From Zancudomyces culisetae HAW-14-8 (Eukaryota; Fungi; Kickxellomycota), in NCBI GenBank assembly GCA_052426225.1, contig JBNJNM010000021.1, forward strand, positions 3,348,001 to 3,412,000: 64,000 nt of DNA. Direction: 5' to 3'. Shown here in pieces: positions 23,801 through 35,761 of this stretch. Under the pieces are notes generated by a model. It made no database searches and was not told the DNA's origin. It was given only the letters and a program-made list of their open reading frames with translations. The stretch's first letter is position 1. Every line of letters starts with the position of its first letter. Made by a program: the position numbers and the translations under genes.

Positions 23801-24580
23801 TCATCTATTTTTACCAGCCATTTAAATGATACTTCGCATCACCGCTCTGGACTTGTTGGAAAGATTAATCATAACCAGATTCCATATTCTCTATCGCTAT
23901 TACTATACAACATCAACTATGGAAACACCATCAATTTGTCCCGTTTGGCTGCAATGTCCAACACTGGTACCAGTACTCGGACTTCTCTACTTAACAATGC
24001 TCCAAACGGTACCAACAGCGCTAATCCCAGTAGTGGTTTGTCATCGACTGATAAAAAGGTTGTAAATTCTGAAATAAAAACACAACTAGCACTTCATAGG
24101 ACCAATTATGAGCTGGAAAGACAACAAAATATTGATGCTGCTGAAACGCGTGAATATTTAGCGAGGCAATATTTCGAGCCGCAGGAAAGCCTTGGGTTGG
24201 GATCAGGTGATGGCAATGACTATGAAACTCTAATTTCGTACGCCAAAATGCTTAGTTTGGAAGATGATAATAGTTATATTGTAGAAACAGACACGGGTTA
24301 TTTACCTGTTTCAGATTCCAATACGTGCGCAGGCACGAGTGCCAATGCCAGTTCAAGTGTCAATACTGGGACACTTGACTATCAAAGCAACTCGCTCAGT
24401 CTTCCTCTGGACAAGGACCACTTTGGTGCAGGTGAAAATCCTGGTTCATCTACAAATGCAAATGCAAATGCAAATGCAAATGCAAATGCAAATGCAAATG
24501 TAGACAAAGATTTTGTTTTGCAAGGACTGACGGAAGAAGAAATGTTAGAATATGCGTTGTTTCTTTCAAAAAACGCTTAA
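20835..24580 (+). CDS. F-box/WD40-repeat protein with C-terminal UIM-like motif (exons 20835-20963, 21095-24580)
   Basis: Splicing restores an F-box (INSLTDNELIGIFSNLEPEHL|KVACTVCTRWYKIILNESCWK). WD motifs VVSGGIDGTIKIW, AAGDILGNVYLWD and GHSS...VSTSNDGVIIVWE. Terminal LTEEEMLEYALFLS. Confidence 0.8.
24454..24500 (+). repeat. (AATGCA)n coding hexamer repeat encoding poly-(Asn-Ala)
   Basis: Tandem aatgca units seen directly within the F-box gene. Confidence 0.85.
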
Positions 24581-26727
24581 AGTAATTCTATTTTCTTGTG
24601 AATTGTTGATTTAATTTAATTCGGTTTGTTTTTATTTATTGCAGTGTAGCTGGTTGTAGGAAAAGTTTGGAGATTTGATTTTGAAACATTTTCGTGTTCC
24701 GCTGTCTGCCCTGTAACCTCTTCATTTTCGCATATAGTTTTAGTACCCCACCCCCCCACCCTTGGTAAGTGATCTATGGCAGCAGCCATTGCTAAATAGA
24801 GCCAATAGATCGGATGTACTGAACTGCCTAGTTCATCCTGTAAGTCATCCAGGGTTACTATGTTTTCTTTTTAGTCAACAATCATTCTTGATAATGCTAA
24901 CATCAATCCTTCTTTTTTATTTACAAGCATTTCCCTATGTTTTAGTGTGATTGTTGTGCAAGAAAAATAAATGCATTACGGGAACTCCTTCCAACACAGG
25001 TGTGGTTTGGAGATTCTGTTTAATAGTATTGGTTTCTAAGGCCTCAAGGATTTTGCGGGTTATTATTGGGGGTTCATCATGCAATAATCCAAGTTCAACC
25101 CTGAGTCTACAATTACATATATTTTGCGATGTTAAATTGATACATGAGCAAGTTTCTTGGTATAGCAGAAAAACAAGCCAAAACATTAAAAAATACATAT
25201 AAAAATACAATCTTTTACATGATTGATGCTTCAATCCACAATGCATGAAGTGCTTTCATAATAAGCTGTGCTCATAAAAGAAAGATCTCTTAACAAAGAT
25301 CTCCATTCTAAAGATGGCGGCGTTCTATACCGTATAGTAATTTGTTCAAGTGGAATTGACAGAGCCCAAGGCACCCAATTGCCTGAAGGCGTATACATTC
25401 TCAAAAATCGATACTGTTTTTATTTAGTTAATCCACCCAAGAGTGCCTGATTGCTATCATTCACCTCCTTCCACTTTCCCTCTATTTCTGCTTGGTATAC
25501 ACATGAGAATCCTCGCTTCAATTTTTGGCATGTGATCACTTTCAAGTTATTTTTTGGCCACTAGAAAATTATTATTGGGATTCCAACCAATTGGAGCAGC
25601 TAATAGCATCATTTTTAAAATCGCTAGCATGTTTTTTGCTCTGCTTGTGTGGTTTCAATTAACAGCTCAAGAATAACAACGTATCTACGAGAAACAATTC
25701 TGGTTTTCATATACAAGTAACATGACGTTTAGGTACACCATACTGTACCTACTATATCTATTACGCCTATCACACCAAGTTTTACAGTTTGAGCTCCTAG
25801 GACGGTTGAGGTATGGGTGATATAAGATGGTTGTTTGAATCTTTAAATACACGCTAGTGCTAATAGTATCACGATATCCATAAGAATGAAAATGATTTAA
25901 TAATTGTCTTTCTATAATTCATTCAAAAAAACTTGGCTTTGGCAATGTTTCTATGATGTAAGATGAACATGCAATGGAAGATCAAATATATCATAGAATA
26001 ATAGCTATTCTCTCACGGTTACAGAAAGCTAGCACTCTCAAATGATCATTCAACTGGTCTCTTGTCGCTCCAGGTAGATTTGTGATTTTTTATTGAACAA
26101 CACCTTTTACTTCTCTGTGCTATACAACCTAAGAAAAAAAAAACAATATCCGTTTAGAGAAAAAAATCAATGCAGAGCAAAATTGACTTTTCCTCGATTT
26201 TATTCGCAGGTATTCATCAATTTGAGGATTCTTTTTCTTATGAGATTATTGATCCACTAGCTAGTAATAAAGTGCAAAATATGTAAAACTATTCATACGA
26301 GTTAATAGGGTCAAGATACTACAAATTGTTGTTTTTCCAGCGATGAGCGCCAATGATAAGACATAGTTTACCATAAATGCTTTGTCCAAGTGAATACTTT
26401 ATGTTTTTAAACCATTTTTATTATACTGTTTTATGGTTGTTATACTATTTTCCTAGTTTTGTCAAGCGTTGTTTTCGGTCATATAAATAGCTTGATCAGC
26501 AATCTGAAGTAGATGAAAGCTAAATTTATTTTAATCAGTATAATTATATAAATAATCCTGATATAGACGTTTAAAGTAATAATAGTTGTTAAATACAACG
26601 TGATAATTTGACAAAGAGAATAGGGTATTTTCTGCTAGCCCTAAGATTACAATTAATTGATTTATTTTTAGTAGTATGAAAGAACAGTGAAACAATTAGA
26701 TAAGAACATATACTAGTACAACAAAAA

Positions 26728-28683
26728 ATGAAACTGAATGTAAACGTGTTACTAAACACGATCTTAAATATAAGCATTGCAAGCTCGTCGATACTGAGAG
26801 CACCGGAAGGGTCGGAAGTAGGTAATTTTGCGCAGTTCGCACGTAGAAAATATGAAAACCTAAAACCAGTAAATAAAAGATGGAATCCAGTATCTTGTTC
26901 ATTAAATAAGAGAAGCAACTACACAAAAAGAGAAGATGCTGATACTGGAGTTGGTAATGCTGATACTGGGGTTGGTAATGCTAGAGTTTCAAGCCAGGAA
27001 ATGTTTGACAACTATCTTAAGTATTACGGATTATACGGTCTAGATATTGATATGACTCCATACAAAGAGGTATACGATGCGGTTAGGCTACCAAAACAAA
27101 TCTTTTGGATGGTATTTGGCTTGCTTTGGGCAGTTTATGTAGTGGTCACAACAGTAATGTATATGAGGCTTCCAAAAAGCACAAATGAGTTTAAATTTAA
27201 AAAGAAGAGTATGACACTCGTGGTAGTTGTGACAGGGTTTATATACACATCGAACTTGATTGCTCAGGAAGCACTTATTCCAAGGTATCCATGTTTCATC
27301 AAGCTGTTCATTGCATACACTATGCTGGCCATCTTTTTGATAACAATGCTGTTTAGAATTTTCCATTACTATTGTCAGCTCAGGATTAACAGTTCCAAAA
27401 CAAAGATTTCAAGTTTGATAAACGAGGAAATGGAAATTGCAAAGGCTAGAGGTGAAAAACACGATTCAAAAGGAGAAGAACTGCCGGGGGCATATGGCCA
27501 GAAAAACATACTGGATGAAGCAAAGAAAAATATAAGATTTACAAAAAAACTAATGAAACTCACAAGCCAAAGAAACTTTTTGATCACCATTGGTGTGTTT
27601 GCAGCAATAGGAATTGCACTATCTCTATTTTTTACGCAAACAGAGGAGTACAGTATATCACCAATCAACTATTATTGCTCAACTTCTGAACATGGCTCTT
27701 CCTATTACATATATCTTATAATTATAACAACATTGGTATTATTTGTACCACTTATCATGCTGTGTACTGGATTCAAAGATGCTTTTGGACTGCAACTGGA
27801 ACTAATATCCTCCATGATTGTTATGTTGTTGATGTATATTTCAGCGAGTATCTACAGTATTTATGCGGATTTAAAAATATTTATAGTTGCTACCGGCTCG
27901 GTGTTTGTTATAATTGTATTTATTGTACAGTACAACCTTTGTATAACTGTTCCACTGATTAGGTACAAGAGAAAATGTGCTAAAATATACTTTGGCAACA
28001 AGACTGAAGATAAAAAGAATGAGATGACACGAAAGGCGCAGTTTGAAGGACTGCTATCATACTATAGCGGATTTGTACGACTTATGTATTCGGCCTCTAT
28101 TTCATTTTGCCCAGAAAATGCAGAGTTTCTTAAGGATTATCAGGCTCTAAAATACGTAGTTTGTTCCTATTTGTCTTCTGAATTGGAAATGAGCAAAGCA
28201 AGTAAAAAGGGTGGTAACTATAGTAGTTCAAAGGAGTATAGCAATGTCAACTTGTCTGGTGACCCAGCTAAGGATGAGAATGGTGATTCTCTGGATCTAT
28301 TTGAGCTCATTGATCTAAATATGCTTATTTCAGGAGACGTTGTCCCTCCACTACCTGGAACAATTGCTGAAGCTGTATACAAAATGCAACTAATGCCAAT
28401 TCTGAATAAAATCAATGAAGGCGAAGGTGTTGTTGGCAGAACCACCTCTAAACAGACCAAGGTGCCTAAAAAGCTTGTTTACAGGTTTAGAGGTATTTAC
28501 CTAAAGTATCTTGAGAAGGACGCCTTACTCGACATTGAATTATCCGAAAAATCGATTTTAACCAGCATTACCGAACAAGCAAAGAAAGAAAACTACACAC
28601 TCAGCATCTTTGACAAGGTGCTTGAGGATGTGCTTAAGAGCTTATATGAAAATACCTACCCTGTTATGTTGGAAAAACTATAG
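26728..28683 (+). CDS. Multi-pass (about 7TM) receptor-like protein fused to a C-terminal RGS domain (GprK/AtRGS1-type architecture)
   Basis: About 7 hydrophobic helices, then RGS signatures FCPENAEFLKDYQALK, IYLKYLEKDALLDIEL and SIFDKVLEDVLKSLYENTYP. Intronless. Confidence 0.78.
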   Translation: MKLNVNVLLNTILNISIASSSILRAPEGSEVGNFAQFARRKYENLKPVNKRWNPVSCSLNKRSNYTKREDADTGVGNADTGVGNARVSSQEMFDNYLKYYGLYGLDIDMTPYKEVYDAVRLPKQIFWMVFGLLWAVYVVVTTVMYMRLPKSTNEFKFKKKSMTLVVVVTGFIYTSNLIAQEALIPRYPCFIKLFIAYTMLAIFLITMLFRIFHYYCQLRINSSKTKISSLINEEMEIAKARGEKHDSKGEELPGAYGQKNILDEAKKNIRFTKKLMKLTSQRNFLITIGVFAAIGIALSLFFTQTEEYSISPINYYCSTSEHGSSYYIYLIIITTLVLFVPLIMLCTGFKDAFGLQLELISSMIVMLLMYISASIYSIYADLKIFIVATGSVFVIIVFIVQYNLCITVPLIRYKRKCAKIYFGNKTEDKKNEMTRKAQFEGLLSYYSGFVRLMYSASISFCPENAEFLKDYQALKYVVCSYLSSELEMSKASKKGGNYSSSKEYSNVNLSGDPAKDENGDSLDLFELIDLNMLISGDVVPPLPGTIAEAVYKMQLMPILNKINEGEGVVGRTTSKQTKVPKKLVYRFRGIYLKYLEKDALLDIELSEKSILTSITEQAKKENYTLSIFDKVLEDVLKSLYENTYPVMLEKL

Positions 28684-30166
28684 CACCTTTATACCCTTTT
28701 TTCTTTTTTCTTTTTTCTTTTTTCTTTTTTCTTTTTTCCATTGTATATATATGTGTAAGTGTAAGTGTAATTTATTTCAATTTTTTGTATATAAGTCTAA
28801 TAAAGTAATGATTTTGCAGTAAATAAATAATTAATAAGTTTGTTTTCGGTATGAAGCCTCTGGAGGGTTGAAGAAATCAGTTAAAATTGAAATACATAGA
28901 GTTTGTTTACAGGGTATTATTGTGATATTTATTTAAAAAGTTACCAAGTCATAAAGGTACATAAAAATACACAATATAAGTTTAGGATTGATGGCTTTGG
29001 CAACCCACTACTACTAGGATATGAAGTTCCTTACATTAAAATGTTGTTTTTCTATCTAGATAGCCTTTCAGTAATATAGGTGATAAACCCTAACTCAAAT
29101 CCACTAAAAAAATGCAATACAAAAAAGTGAACTTTTACTTCGAATCCATAAATAATTATGTGTACCACTAATTTAATAGAGAAGATTTACGGTAAAGCTA
29201 TTGGAAGTCAAGTGGTTAGAGTTTTCCCAAAAATAACCAATTAATATAATTATTTTCGCATTAACACTGGTTTTTCTGTGCTGATAACAGAATTAACACC
29301 AGAAATAGCCAAGTTTAATACTGGAATAGTAGTATAGAAAAGGACATGTAACAAACTCGGTTTTTTGAGTATCAACTCTTGTAATCCTATAGCCATTGAT
29401 TATTGAAACTGTATTACTATTGAGCTAGAAAATTGTGGATAGGGTGGAACGCACCTATAGTTGAGTTTGCATAGTAGTCTCGAGTTTTTGATAATTTAAA
29501 AAACTTTTTTGAACTAGTCTAGATGAATGTATTTAAAATTAAATAAAAGGATAAGGGGTTTGTAGTGATATTCCCAATTAAGTACAAAATAACCGAGAAT
29601 CAGAAAAAGAAGTGATCTTTGCTAAATACACAGTAAATTCTAGGCATTTGAAGATAAACGAAAAATTATAATCCTTGCGAATAAGAGAAGCCTTTGCAAG
29701 CAGAGGTCTAAATTCGTGTACATTTTTTTCTAGAACAGAGTGCACTCATAAAATGAAATAGGTGAGGTAAAATAATACGCTTACTATGCGTACAATTGGG
29801 TTGTAAGCTCAAAAATAAGTTCAAGAGAATCGTTTTTTATTATATTATAGAAGAAGAGTTAGTAATTCCTGCAAAGCTAATAATTTTTTTCCAAAACTTG
29901 GTCTAGATTATTGTCAATATTTAGGTTTGAATTTTATGTTGCCGATCACTGCGCATATTTAAAGAAAAAAGTAGCGTTTTAGCATAATATTGAAATACAT
30001 GGAGCCTGGACAGCTTGTAATATGAATATCGAGAGTCACAACAGGTAATTCTGCCCTAAGTATAATAGAAAATAACTATATTGCCAAGTTCATAAACTTA
30101 ATGCTTCCGGTGAATTTATTTTCATAGTACAATGCTTTTGGATACATCACGTAGCTCGTGAAAATG

Positions 30167-30174
30167 TATATAAA
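30167..30174 (+). promoter_or_regulatory. TATA box of secreted gene 30270
   Basis: AAAATG-TATATAAA about 100 bp upstream of the ATG; similar boxes precede the other secreted genes. Confidence 0.5.
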
Positions 30175-30269
30175 CTGCTGCTTTTTTCTTACAAAAAAAT
30201 CTATACCTGCTTTCTGTTAAAGCCTAACAATTCAAAATAGAATAGAATAAAGAAAAGAAAAACTAAAAA

Positions 30270-30716
30270 ATGATCAAATCAGTAATCCTCAGCGCCTTGG
30301 TAGTTAGCTCAACCTTTGCTTACAATGCGCAGAATGCACAGAACCAAGATGTACAAGCATCAGGTGAAAACGATATCTTGGAATCCAACTTCAATGAAAT
30401 GGACGACGAGTGCAGACCCAGACGCAGAAGAGTCAGAAAATTGACAGTTGAATTATCTGACTATACTAACTTTAACCGCATTATAGGTACTTTCAAAGCC
30501 AAGCCAAACAAGTGCTATGCAGCTCCCGGATTTGCATCTGCAAGAATGAGTGGAGTGAGTGGAACTAGAGGTGCCATGTTGTTCTGCAATCAGGTTAATT
30601 GTACAGGTAGATGCTTTGTCGCACTTAGAAGCGCAGGAAGCCAAGTTAATAATATTTATGGACAACTTGGTTGTAACCGTGCAACATCTTATTCATGGAT
30701 TTCTCCATACTTTTAA
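30270..30716 (+). CDS. Small secreted Cys-rich protein, crystallin-like family member A
   Basis: Signal peptide MIKSVILSALVVSSTFA; family motif KC-x7-S...G-x4-C-x4-C-x-G-x-C...S-x2-W; A-rich Kozak context. Confidence 0.85.
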   Translation: MIKSVILSALVVSSTFAYNAQNAQNQDVQASGENDILESNFNEMDDECRPRRRRVRKLTVELSDYTNFNRIIGTFKAKPNKCYAAPGFASARMSGVSGTRGAMLFCNQVNCTGRCFVALRSAGSQVNNIYGQLGCNRATSYSWISPYF

Positions 30717-32332
30717 ATTTTGAAGCAATAGCTGCTACCGCTTTTGAATTATGTAGTTTATTAGAATAAGTAGATAAATAAATTACATATATTAATCAAC
30801 TTTTCAATTTAAGTGTGGTTTCCAATATTAACTTGAGATTGGAGTTAGTATGATGTTTTTGAATCAATCGTTTAATTCAAAGTCATTTCAATCAGGAATG
30901 TCTCAATTATCAGACACAATATTGTGTGTATTACTCTATTTATTAATCAAATAGTTTTCTAGATACTCATTTTTTTCGATTAATTTCTAACCATAATAAT
31001 AGGTGGTAACACATAATGTAATAATGAAGTTGTGTTCAAAATCTAATACATAATGACGTGCGAATTAAAAATATCAAATATAGTTTGCTTTAAAATGAAA
31101 AAAGTATATTTAAAATATGATTTAAACTGATAATCTTGTTCTTCAAACTCAATTTCAATTATCTGAGTTAATCGGGCAGAAAATAAGTGTGGATAATTGT
31201 GTTTGCTCATCTATAATAATAAGCATAGTTTCAACCAACCAAATCAATGCTTTTAAGTTCAATATCACAGGATGAAAACGGAAATGATTTACTTGCTGAA
31301 TATGTAGATTTTTGGCTTTTTTCTTAACTAACACGTTTTTCGAGTATAGTGAGTTTTGCAGGAAAATCATAGATAAGCTTCTGGAGGAAAGAGTTAAACC
31401 TTAAGCTTTCTGGAATTATTCGGGATACTAAGACCTCTTGAGCTAAAGAAGTGGCTTCCACATGCAGGTTTCTGAACAAAGTCCTTTTCACCTTGTTACC
31501 TAGCTATGAAAAGCATTAATTGTAGTCCCACTCCCCTTGAACCAATATCCCTCAGGTACCGGGTATTCTAGAGAGTTGGAATGATGATGCGATGAACTTA
31601 GTTTAGTTAATTGTTTTTTTTATGAACTTTTTGATATCTAGATAAATATTACTCAGTCAGAAAAATAAAATTTGACAATATACAATAAAAAAATTTAATT
31701 GTATTGTTATCTATACGTTCCTATTGTTCGTTTGAAGCAAATTTACAATAACTGTATTGTACTTACAGTGCTAGAACGCTTTTCTTTTGTAAAACCTGTA
31801 ATAATATTTGTCCTCAATTCTTTTCTTTTTTTCGGAATGCTTGTTATCATTTTATTTTACTTATTATTTTACTTTTATCATCTGCTCACCTTCTACATAT
31901 TTATACCTCAATTGAAATTTGTCAAATATGTTGGTGTTCGACTGTTTGTACGAGCATGTATTTTACAATTATGTTTAGAACTATTTAGAATTATGACTAG
32001 CTGTTAAACAAAAAAGATCAAAACGTTCTTCATTTCCGTGGCTGTACTATAACCATAATAGTGTTTGTACTAAAAATAACACTTTCACGGTTTGTTATTA
32101 GCGCAATAAACCATCAAGGTGATGTTGTGGTTTATAAAAAATTTCAACTTAGAAGCACTCAAACCCAACTCCTTTACAACAAAAGCATAGTCTAAATTAG
32201 CAATAGTTGTAGTATGTTTAGGATCTTGATACTCTAAAATACAAAAAAAAACTATATAAGAGGAATTAGTTTCTTTACCATTTTATCAGACAAACCTAAC
32301 CCTCAAATTATCAACCACTCAAAAAAAGTAAA

Positions 32333-32938
32333 ATGAAATCATTAACCCTTTCCCTAACCGTATTAGCACTTTCAGCCGGAACCGCTATTGCAGGACGTAG
32401 CGGTGGTCACGGAGGACATCATGGAGGCCGCCACGGTCACGGCCACCGAGGATACAGACACAGACACAGATACTGGAGAAATGGAATCTGGTACGATTAC
32501 CCAGTTGCATACGCAGTAGCAGTACCAGTTACAGTTGGAGCCGTTGGAGCCGTCGGGGCCGTCGGAGCTGTTGGTACTACCTATGGAACTGGTGCAGCCG
32601 TCGCAACAGGATATGATAGTGGAGCTGTTGGTGCAGTTGGTGCTGTTGGCACTGTTGGCACTACATATGATGCTGGTGCCGTTGGAGCAGTTGGAGCTGT
32701 TGGCACTGCTGGCACTGTTGGCACTACATATGATGCTGGTGCCGTTGGAGCAGTTGGAGCTGTCAACACTGCATACGGAGCTGGTGCCGTTGGTGGAGTA
32801 GGAGTTGTTGGTGTAGAAACATACCCATCATACTACCCATTCTATGATGGCTTTTACTTTGATAGATTTGGTAGAAGACACAGATACAGACACGGCCACA
32901 GATGGCGTCACAGACATGGACACGGACACAGACATTAA
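32333..32938 (+). CDS. Secreted low-complexity protein: His/Arg/Gly-rich ends flanking a GAVGAV repeat core
   Basis: Signal peptide MKSLTLSLTVLALSAGTAIA. TATATAA at 32253-32259. Identical 54-bp internal repeats at 32647-32700 and 32710-32763. Confidence 0.85.
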   Translation: MKSLTLSLTVLALSAGTAIAGRSGGHGGHHGGRHGHGHRGYRHRHRYWRNGIWYDYPVAYAVAVPVTVGAVGAVGAVGAVGTTYGTGAAVATGYDSGAVGAVGAVGTVGTTYDAGAVGAVGAVGTAGTVGTTYDAGAVGAVGAVNTAYGAGAVGGVGVVGVETYPSYYPFYDGFYFDRFGRRHRYRHGHRWRHRHGHGHRH

Positions 32939-35300
32939 TACAGACATTGTCACAGAATAGTTCACAGACAAGGTCGTCACTAACCGGAGAAAGTGGTTAT
33001 GATGGTGGTAGCATCCAAGTAATCGACACTGTTTAAATTAGAATTAATGAGTTTTGCTTTTTTTCAATCATATGCTTCCTTCTTTTAGAATGTATGTATA
33101 TATTCGCACAAATAGCAAATAAACGCATTACGAGTTAATAATTTTGTGTACAGGTATTTCATTTACTCGATTTTCCTACAGGGTTTTTTCAATTGCTATA
33201 TTGTTGTGTCGTTTGGAGAAAAGCAGTATTTCTTTTGCTCAGAATGATTTAAATATTACTTTAAACTTTCTGGTACTAAGCGAAGTGTAAATCTTTATCA
33301 CACAAAACCTTCAAGCCTTATCTTTATTAAATCAATATTCAACACTATCAAATTTAGTACAGTAAGATATGGAAATGTTGATTTGTGAACATATCTAATA
33401 TTATTTGATACTAGCTTTATATTCTTCTTTTTCAACCTGCTTCTAAAATAGTTCAATGAATCCACTATTTCAGGTATTCATATATATGAGTTGGTTCGTA
33501 ATAAATATAAATTTAGATAAGGCGAATACTACAATTTTCGTGTAGTTGTCATATCTTTAGAAAAACGAGTGAGATGCAGGGTGTTGTAAAACATTTCCCT
33601 TGGAGTAGTAATTCTTGTGAAGCTTAATTTTATGAGACTAAAAAATACGTTTAGATTGATGTTTTCACAAGCCGAGGTATATAGTTGAATGTTTTGTTTG
33701 AGCAGGTACAATTGACCTTGAAAAGAGTAGATTGATTAACTAGATTAAGAATCTGGAAAAACTAGTAGCAGAAAAACTAGATTGTTCAGTCCGAACAACT
33801 ATGCGTCAAGCTCAAAGTAACAATATTGGCATCGAACCAAGAATATACTGGTATGGGTTCGATTAAAATTACTAGTACTGTTTTTATTTGGTCAAGCTAT
33901 ACTATTTATAGGCGAATATTACCCAAGTAAATATTTTTGAAATTGAAATATATTTAGTCGAATAAAGTTAAAATCTGGTATTGTTATGCAAACACACAGA
34001 TACAATTATGCCCAGCCTAGTTCAAATATTGGGAAAAAAATAGAAAAAATGAATATCGGTTTGTATACAGTTTTTAAACCTGTTTATCCAGTTTTAACAA
34101 CCTAGTATTGCTATGGTAAGATCGTCAAAAAAACGAGTAATTAGTTAAACATTCTATTAGAGACATAAAATGGTACTCACATAGTTGCATTCTGGTAGGT
34201 GAAATTATTCTTAATACTCAAATAAAGATAAAATTTTCATTCATACTTAATTCTGGTTGATCCTAGCAACAGTGTCATCCAGTGTTCTTTTATACAGGGT
34301 ATTCACATCAATACTTCTAACGTTGTAAAACGAGGTCGTGTGATTGTAATCATTCTATGTATTTTTGATCTGATTGCAACTTTTTGCCCAACTTTCTGTA
34401 TTTATACGGTTTCTTACAATGATCAAGTCAGATCAAAAAACCTTGCCTTTTTATTGCCCATAATAATCTGAAAATTGGATCTTGAACATCGAATAATTGG
34501 TGTGAATACATTTTATTGTATTAAATAATATAGAACTATAAGTAGCTAGTGGCGTGTGTATATAGATTTTAGCTACCTCTGCAGACTTTTATCTTTAATT
34601 GAGTGTACCAACGAAATAAACAGATTCGTTTAAACCGGTAATTTTATTAATGTCAACACAGTAGCATATCCAGAATCTGCCCTCTGACTCAAATAAAAAG
34701 CACTTTCTTTTGCAATTAATTTGTCGTAATCTATTGCCTCTTCTCAAGAAGCAGGCCTCAAAAACTAGATATCTATTATCAACAGCTCAATAGTGATAAT
34801 CTAAATATCTGTGTATTCAAAACTGAATACTCATTCTCAGCGGATTCAAAACACAGAGATAACCCATCTGATTTTGACCTGTTTATTAGAAATGCGATCA
34901 TAAGTAGTGGTGCTGGATTTGTTTATCTTTTGTACAAAGATATTCAAAACATGCTAGTGCTACCCACCAAATCCTACTTCAATAGTATTGTCATTGGCTC
35001 TGTAACAAGATCCATCACATGTATATTTTAAATACTATCCAAAGAACATTAACTTAATTATCTCTTTCTCTGGCTAGTACTCATACCTATATTACAAAAA
35101 ATCTACCCAATCACTATAAAAATATTATCATATCCGTTTTTGTATACCATGATCTCCATTTTAACGCAAGTTGAGTTAATTATAAAACGATTTTATTTAA
35201 AACCCATTTCTCAGTTAACGTTTTTTTAAGTTTGTAGCAAAAATTAAAGTACTATGCATTTAATGGCCTATTTGGATGAATGAAATCTATAACCTATAAA

Positions 35301-35761
35301 TTAGGTTCTCCTAACCCTGAGCCAAGCGAATGAAATAGCTCTTCTTCCTACAACTTTGGATATATTGGAAATAGTCTTGGCTGATGATCTACGGACTATC
35401 TGACATTTACCGGTACAATCCTTATCCCCGCAAACCAAGATTACTCCCTTTCCTGGTTTATCCAATCCACTCTTTCTTCCGACCTTGATTGATCCGAATT
35501 TTCTTGTGTTGTAGCACTTTCCACGTCTGATACTGCGCTTTTCGTATCTGTTAACAAAACCGGCAGCCTTGTACAATCTAACAGTTGTTCTCTTGGCCTT
35601 GCAGCGACGATGCATATCGTTGAATTCACAGCCAGAGAGATTGTTGTTGTGTTCGGAATTAGCAAGATCATTGTTCTGATTCTGTTGGTTACCGCTCATG
35701 TTTACTGCACTGGCTAAGGTTGAACCGAGGAGCAAAGACTGACTAATACTGACTTGAACAT
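35301..35761 (-). pseudogene. Crystallin-like family member B with a 1-nt frameshift in the signal peptide (or an assembly error)
   Basis: ATG at 35761 gives MFKSVLVS, matching paralogue A (MIKSVILS). It lies 26 nt from the frame that continues LLLGSTLASA and carries the full family motif. TATA on the minus strand at 35873-35879. Confidence 0.75.

Noticed and set aside
24760-25500. Possible non-LTR reverse-transcriptase relic on the minus strand (RVELGLLHDEP...VPVMHLFF)
   Set aside because: Only a faint resemblance to the QG.PLSP and LFADD regions; the catalytic residues are absent.
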